A stretch of DNA of 32,159 bases from an uncultured Planctomycetaceae bacterium (GTDB lineage: Bacteria; Planctomycetota; Planctomycetia; Planctomycetales; Planctomycetaceae), in contig CAXBME010000050.1 of assembly GCA_963976765.1 (NCBI GenBank), positions 1 through 32,159 on the forward strand, written 5' to 3'. The notes under the pieces were generated by a model that was not told the DNA's origin, did not search any database, and was given only the letters and a program-made list of their open reading frames with translations. Below, in pieces: positions 27,158 through 32,159 of the stretch. The position numbers and the translations under genes were made by a program. Positions within the stretch are counted from its first letter, which is position 1. Every line of letters starts with the position of its first letter.

Positions 27158-28242
27158 CAGCGACGGCGTTGATCTGACGCGGTGGATGCCTGCCGGGTTG
27201 CCTTGCTCAGGTAGAAGTCTGGGTGTTGTTCTACTTTTGCGATGCACCCTTTGCAGCAGACGAAGACGGGCTGGCCTTTCGCGTAGACCTTCCATGCTCC
27301 GCCCATCGACGTCAGTGATTCGTTCATCACGGGGCACAATTTCTGTGCAGCAACTGCCGCGCTGTCTGCCTGAGTCGCTTTTGCCGGCGGTGGCGTCGGC
27401 AGCATGGCGAGGTACTTCGCGGGCTCCCGCTCGATGGCTTTCGTGCAGCCGGGGCAGCAGACGAAGACATCGCGGCCCAGGACGTTGAACTTCCACGGTC
27501 CGCCCATTGCATCCAACGGTTTGTTCATCACCGGGCAGGTCTTCTGAAATGCCACGGCTGCTGCATCAGCTCGCGTGGCTTTCACCGGGCCGGCCGGAAT
27601 GAGTTTTGCCAGGTACTTCTGTGGATCGGCTTTCAGTCGATCGGTGCAGCCAGCACAGCAGACGTAGACTTCGCGGTCGCCGATGTGCACCGCCGGGGGA
27701 GCGCCCATTGAACCGAGCGGCTTCCCACTCACCGGACAAATCGTCTGCTGGGCAATGGCGACTTCAGCGGCACTGCGCGTGATCTGAAACTTCTGTGCGA
27801 ACTCAGCCGGCTGCTGACCGGGAATGCCGGAGATTGCGAACGCCGTCTGCATTCGACCATCCGGCACCTTCGACAGATCGAGAGCAAGGTGCAGGGCATT
27901 CGTAGCCGCTTCCCGAGTGGCGTCCGGTCGCAATGGATAGGTGTAGGGCTTCGGATTTCCGTCCACCGTCATCGTGATCTGGCCAGCCAGTCGGGATGTG
28001 TCGATTGGCTGCCCTTTGGCGTCGTAGAGGAAGACCCGCACACCGTCCGGACGAAAAACGACCTCATGCCAGGTCGTGGCCACATAGGCCAGTTCACCTC
28101 CATGCGGGCCGAGTTGGGTCTTTTCCGCTGCTGAACCGTGCTGATGGCTCGAATGGTCGTGACCGTCATCGGCCGAAACGGCGATCACGGATGAAGACAA
28201 CGCAAATGCGATTGCGATCGCGGTAACTGTTGAGCGTTTCAT
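27157..28242 (-). CDS. Secreted metal-binding protein: His-rich N-terminus, GPHGG domain, three TRASH/YHS-like repeats
   Basis: AGGAG RBS, signal peptide, GHDHSSHQH, GPHGG and three Q..CPV...MG...V(F/Y)VCCxGC repeats. Confidence 0.88.
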   Translation of the reverse strand: MKRSTVTAIAIAFALSSSVIAVSADDGHDHSSHQHGSAAEKTQLGPHGGELAYVATTWHEVVFRPDGVRVFLYDAKGQPIDTSRLAGQITMTVDGNPKPYTYPLRPDATREAATNALHLALDLSKVPDGRMQTAFAISGIPGQQPAEFAQKFQITRSAAEVAIAQQTICPVSGKPLGSMGAPPAVHIGDREVYVCCAGCTDRLKADPQKYLAKLIPAGPVKATRADAAAVAFQKTCPVMNKPLDAMGGPWKFNVLGRDVFVCCPGCTKAIEREPAKYLAMLPTPPPAKATQADSAAVAAQKLCPVMNESLTSMGGAWKVYAKGQPVFVCCKGCIAKVEQHPDFYLSKATRQASTASDQRRR

Positions 28243-28463
28243 GGCTCAGACTCCTGAAGTAGAGTTCATGTGTGTGGCTTGAAAACAGCGACGCAGGCGG
28301 GACGTTTCTCAGGCGATCATGCCGACGTGCTGTTATTGAGCCTTCCAGCGGCGGCCCGACGCATCCCTGCGTCGGGTCGGCCGCACTTATTTTGAGTTGC
28401 GAACAGAGTCCAGAGAATTCACGAGACAAAGTCGCGATCAACTCCTGACTCTCGACTTTCGTT

Positions 28464-28613
28464 TCAGCCGCAGCTCGGGCAGCTACCGCTATCGCTACCA
28501 CTGCTGAAAGGTGATGGAGGCGGTGCCCAACCCTGGTTGCCACGGTTTGTGGCACAGCCAGCCACCGTGAAGGCAGTAACCAGTGCCAGCATCAACTGTA
28601 CGTGTCGAATCAT
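28464..28613 (-). CDS. 49-aa lipoprotein ending in CPSCG
   Basis: AGGA RBS. Sequence MIRHVQLMLALVTAFTVAG-C...GSCPSCG. Confidence 0.7.
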   Translation of the reverse strand: MIRHVQLMLALVTAFTVAGCATNRGNQGWAPPPSPFSSGSDSGSCPSCG

Positions 28614-28692
28614 CAGACTTTTCCTGCTCGACAAGTCGAAAGACTCAAGCCGTCGAACGCTGACAGTGCTTTGGACTTTCAACAGGAACTGG

Positions 28693-28815
28693 TTAATGGC
28701 TGTGGCCGGAATCGCCATCCGAACCTCTTCGACTGCTACCACCACTGTCAGTGACGCACCCGGCGGCAGCAAACACGGCCACCAGCATCAGAATCAGAAT
28801 CGTGTGACGAATCAT
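28693..28815 (-). CDS. 40-aa lipoprotein ending in GHSH (not in the ORF track)
   Basis: AAGGAGG RBS. Manual translation MIRHTILILMLVAVFAAAG-CVTDSGGSSRRGSDGDSGHSH*. Confidence 0.75.
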   Translation of the reverse strand: MIRHTILILMLVAVFAAAGCVTDSGGSSRRGSDGDSGHSH

Positions 28816-28857
28816 TTCGCCCTCCTTGCGTTACGAATGAGTGTCCCGCATCCAGTG

Positions 28858-31800
28858 CTACGCCGCTCTGGACTCTGGACCCTCGTCCCTGGACTCTTTC
28901 AGACTCATTTCCAGCAGTTCATCACTCAGGCCCGCCCGCAGTTTGAATTCCATGTACGCGCAATAGACGGTCGGTACGACGAACGTCGTGAAGGGTTCGA
29001 TCAGCATTCCACCGAAGACTGGCAACGCCATGGCCCGGGCAACGTCGGCACCTCGGCCCGTGGCCATTAGAACCGGAATCAACGCGCAGATGGTGGTGAT
29101 CGTCGTCATGACACAGGGACGGATGCGTTTCAGTCCTGCTTCGTAGATTTCGTTCCGCAGGTCATCGACTGTCGTAATCGTGCGGCGTTTCAGCCGCTCG
29201 TGGATGTAGCTGGCCATGACGATCCCATCGTCGGCGGCCAGTCCGGCCAGCGCGATAAAGCCGACCCATACGGCGGTGTTCAACTCGACGCCCATGATCG
29301 CGATAGCGATCATTCCGCCGGCACACGAGATCGGAATACCCGAAAACACGACCAGCGAGATTGGCAGATTGCGGAAGTGCAGATAGTGCAGCAGCAGGTT
29401 GATCAGGAAGACAGCCGGAAGAATCCACATCAGGCGTTCGTTGGCTTCGATCTGGTTCTGAAAGGAACCAACCGGCTGCAGTTCAAAGTTGCCTTCCGGG
29501 AATTCGAGTGAGCCGTTCTCCCGTGCCGATCGCAGTGACTCCATGACCGATGCCACTGTTTCCAGGTCGCCAGCGCCGCCGGATGGCGAGAACATGATGT
29601 GAGCCACCAGCCGCGAGTCTTCGCTGTTGATCGCGCCCGGTCCCCATGTTGTTTCTACTGTGGCGAGGCGTTCGAGCGGGACGATGTCTCCGGTATGTGT
29701 GACAACCGGCACCTGCGGCAATTCCCCAATCCGCTCACGCACGTCGCGATTGAATCGAATTTGAATCGGGTATCGTTCCCGGCCTTCCACGGTGGTTGTC
29801 ACATCGAGTCCACCGAGTCCTGCCGACACGATTTCGTTGACCATCATGGTCGTCATGCCGTAGCGGGCAGCTTCCTGACGGTCGACTTCGAACTCGTAAT
29901 ACGGCTTGCCCATGACAATGTCCGGGTTCACCGTGCCGGCGTTGACCAGGTGCAGCTTCTTCAGTTGCTCGGCCACTGCCAGCGAGGCTTTCGACAGACC
30001 ATCAAGGCTGTCTCCATAAATCCGCACGGCCATCGACGCTTTGATGCCTGCTTGAAGCATCACGATGCGGCCTTCAATGGGCTGCAGCGGTGAGGCGGGG
30101 GTGACTCCTGGCAGTGTGGCCACGGCGTTGATCTCATCCCAGATTTTTCGCTCCGTCATGCCCTCACGCCACTGGTCTCGTGGCTTGAGCATGACATAGG
30201 TTTCGACCATTGCCGCCGGAGCAGGGTCGAGGGCCGAATCCACTCGACCAATCTTACCCATCACGTTTTCTACTTCGGGGATGCCTTTGATGAGCACATC
30301 CTGCGACTGCAGAATCTCCATGGCCTGATTGAAACTGGCGGCCGGATAGAGGCTGGGCATGTAGAACCACGAGCCTTCATCCAGCGCGATCCAGTCGTCT
30401 GACTTCAGGCCCGTAAAGAGATGCTTGGCCTGGATATAGCCGGGCACTTCGTTGAGGTTTGCACCCAGCATGGAGACGACCTTCTCAACCGGTTTCAGCA
30501 CGGTGGGGAGCCCGATCCATGCACCGAGTCCCAGCACAAAGATCATCAGCGGAAACGACAACATCAGCATCTTGCGACGCAGAGCCAACCGCAGACGTCC
30601 GGCGTACAGAAACCGCATGAAGCGACTGGCCGGGTTTTCCTCCATCGAGCGGATGCGCTCACGCATCATCCACCAGCCGGCTCCGAACGCGAACAGTCCG
30701 CACAGCAGTGTGAGCAGGCTCGGCGACAGATGCGTCCACGCCGAAATCCGGTCGCCCCAGACAAGTTGGCAGGTCACAGCAGTGAGTGTTCCGGCCGCGA
30801 CGCCGACCAGCAGGCCGGTCCGTTTCGATGTGCGTGAGCTGCGCAGGAACATCCGGCACAGTGCCGGAACGACAGTCACCGCCACGATCAGACTGGCGGC
30901 CAGAGCAAAGGTCTTGGTCCAGGCCAGCGGCGCGAACAGTTTGTAATCGCGACCTGTGAGAAAGAAGACCGGCAGAAAACTGACGATCGTCGTGCTGACT
31001 GCTGTCATCACAGCCGGCACGACTTCCGCAGCGGCATCACGAATCACCTCGATGCGCCGACGTTCTTCGGCTTTACCCGAAGCCCGGTCTCTCGACTCTC
31101 GACCCTCGACTTTCGTCTCTTCCTCCGCCAGACGGTCGTAGATGTTTTCCAGCACGATGATGCCCATATCGACCATTGTGCCGATAGCGATGGCAATTCC
31201 AGCCAGAGACATGATGTTTGCATCCACCCCGTACCACTTCATCGCGGCAAACGCCATCAGCACGGCCATCGGCAGCGTGATGGCGATGATCAGACTCGCT
31301 CGCACATGCAGCAGGAACAGCACGACGACAGCAATCGTGATCAGTGTCTCTTCGCCGAGTGCAGACGTCAGCGTTCCGATCGTTTCATCGATCAGAATCG
31401 TTCGGTCGTAGATGCCGAGAACCCGGATGCCGGCCAGTTCTGACTCCAGCGCGGCGATCTTCTCTTTGACCCGTTCGATGACATCTCGCGGGTTCTCGCC
31501 ATATCGCATCACGACCACGCCGCCAACTGCCTCGCTGCCGTTCAGGTCGAGGGCTCCGCGACGGAAGGACGGTCCGATCTGCACCTGAGCCAGATCGCGC
31601 ACCCGCACCGGAATTCCGTCACGCGTCAGCACAACGGTGTTGTTGATCTGGTCGATGGTCTCTGGTTCCGTCTTGCCCGAACCGATGAAACCTTTGCCGC
31701 GGACAATGAACTCCATCCCGCCGGTCTCGACGGTCTTGGCGCCGACATCGATGTTCGAGGCTTTGACCGCCGAAATGACCTGGTTCAACGGAATGTTGTG

Positions 31801-32159
31801 GTACCGCAGTTTGTCCGGATCGACTTCGACCTGATACTGCTTGACGTAACCACCAATCGACGCCACTTCCGCGACGCCGTCCACCGACTGCAGCGCGTAC
31901 TTAATGAAGAAGTCCTGCTTCGATCGCAGCTCAGCCAGGTCCATGCCTGGCGGTGGTTCAAGCACGTAGTAGTAAATCTGGCCAAGCGCGGTGGCATCGG
32001 GAGCGAGCGTCGGCGTGACGCCATCCGGCAGACTTCCGGACACCGTGGTCAGTTGCTCGGCGACTCTTGATCGAGCCCAGTAGAAATCCACGTCGTCGTC
32101 AAACGTGACCTGGACGAAACTGAAGCCGAACATGCTCTTGCCGCGGACGTTCTTCGCGC
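28858..32159 (-). CDS. cusA: CusA/CzcA-family heavy-metal RND efflux permease, 5'-truncated by the window edge
   Basis: ANIMSLAGIAIAIGTMVD and RIRPCVMT. Met residues at the CusA triad-like positions (FYMPS, AMVET, IVMLQ) suggest Cu(I)/Ag(I). The frame stays open to the window end. Confidence 0.9.
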   Translation of the reverse strand, partial: AKNVRGKSMFGFSFVQVTFDDDVDFYWARSRVAEQLTTVSGSLPDGVTPTLAPDATALGQIYYYVLEPPPGMDLAELRSKQDFFIKYALQSVDGVAEVASIGGYVKQYQVEVDPDKLRYHNIPLNQVISAVKASNIDVGAKTVETGGMEFIVRGKGFIGSGKTEPETIDQINNTVVLTRDGIPVRVRDLAQVQIGPSFRRGALDLNGSEAVGGVVVMRYGENPRDVIERVKEKIAALESELAGIRVLGIYDRTILIDETIGTLTSALGEETLITIAVVVLFLLHVRASLIIAITLPMAVLMAFAAMKWYGVDANIMSLAGIAIAIGTMVDMGIIVLENIYDRLAEEETKVEGRESRDRASGKAEERRRIEVIRDAAAEVVPAVMTAVSTTIVSFLPVFFLTGRDYKLFAPLAWTKTFALAASLIVAVTVVPALCRMFLRSSRTSKRTGLLVGVAAGTLTAVTCQLVWGDRISAWTHLSPSLLTLLCGLFAFGAGWWMMRERIRSMEENPASRFMRFLYAGRLRLALRRKMLMLSFPLMIFVLGLGAWIGLPTVLKPVEKVVSMLGANLNEVPGYIQAKHLFTGLKSDDWIALDEGSWFYMPSLYPAASFNQAMEILQSQDVLIKGIPEVENVMGKIGRVDSALDPAPAAMVETYVMLKPRDQWREGMTERKIWDEINAVATLPGVTPASPLQPIEGRIVMLQAGIKASMAVRIYGDSLDGLSKASLAVAEQLKKLHLVNAGTVNPDIVMGKPYYEFEVDRQEAARYGMTTMMVNEIVSAGLGGLDVTTTVEGRERYPIQIRFNRDVRERIGELPQVPVVTHTGDIVPLERLATVETTWGPGAINSEDSRLVAHIMFSPSGGAGDLETVASVMESLRSARENGSLEFPEGNFELQPVGSFQNQIEANERLMWILPAVFLINLLLHYLHFRNLPISLVVFSGIPISCAGGMIAIAIMGVELNTAVWVGFIALAGLAADDGIVMASYIHERLKRRTITTVDDLRNEIYEAGLKRIRPCVMTTITTICALIPVLMATGRGADVARAMALPVFGGMLIEPFTTFVVPTVYCAYMEFKLRAGLSDELLEMSLKESRDEGPESRAA

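Noticed and set aside
1..32159. CRISPR arrays, tRNA/rRNA genes, transposases or integrases
   Set aside because: I saw no regularly spaced repeat-spacer array, structural RNA signature or recombinase motif; island boundaries cannot be defined from this window.

Overview
This is bacterial DNA, very probably from a planctomycete (DUF1559 prepilin gene, planctomycete-type cytochrome c, PTPMT1-like phosphatase). Left part (1-12.3 kb): a four-gene operon of uncharacterised membrane-anchored proteins, with two paralogues and a last gene split by a 7-bp tandem duplication; a UbiA / GT-C glycosyltransferase / PTPMT1-like phosphatase operon; and a DUF1559 gene. Right part (12.5-32.2 kb): a heavy-metal, probably copper, island. 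It holds a His-rich diheme lipoprotein, CopA, a secreted protein with three CC-x5-CC-x5-CC modules, an ECF sigma / Cys-rich anti-sigma pair, a decayed merR, TRASH/YHS-like proteins, two micro-lipoproteins and a 5'-truncated CusA-type RND pump. The most notable signal is a candidate two-layer regulatory system. A bipartite motif, TGAAG(A/G)A-N14-GCATCTAAC, occurs three times: once at the ECF gene and once upstream of each of two paralogous secreted Cys-rich 'leader' ORFs. These ORFs share a C-terminal tail, and the stop-codon region of one is complementary to the next gene's Shine-Dalgarno site. All calls come from reading the sequence; no searches were run.
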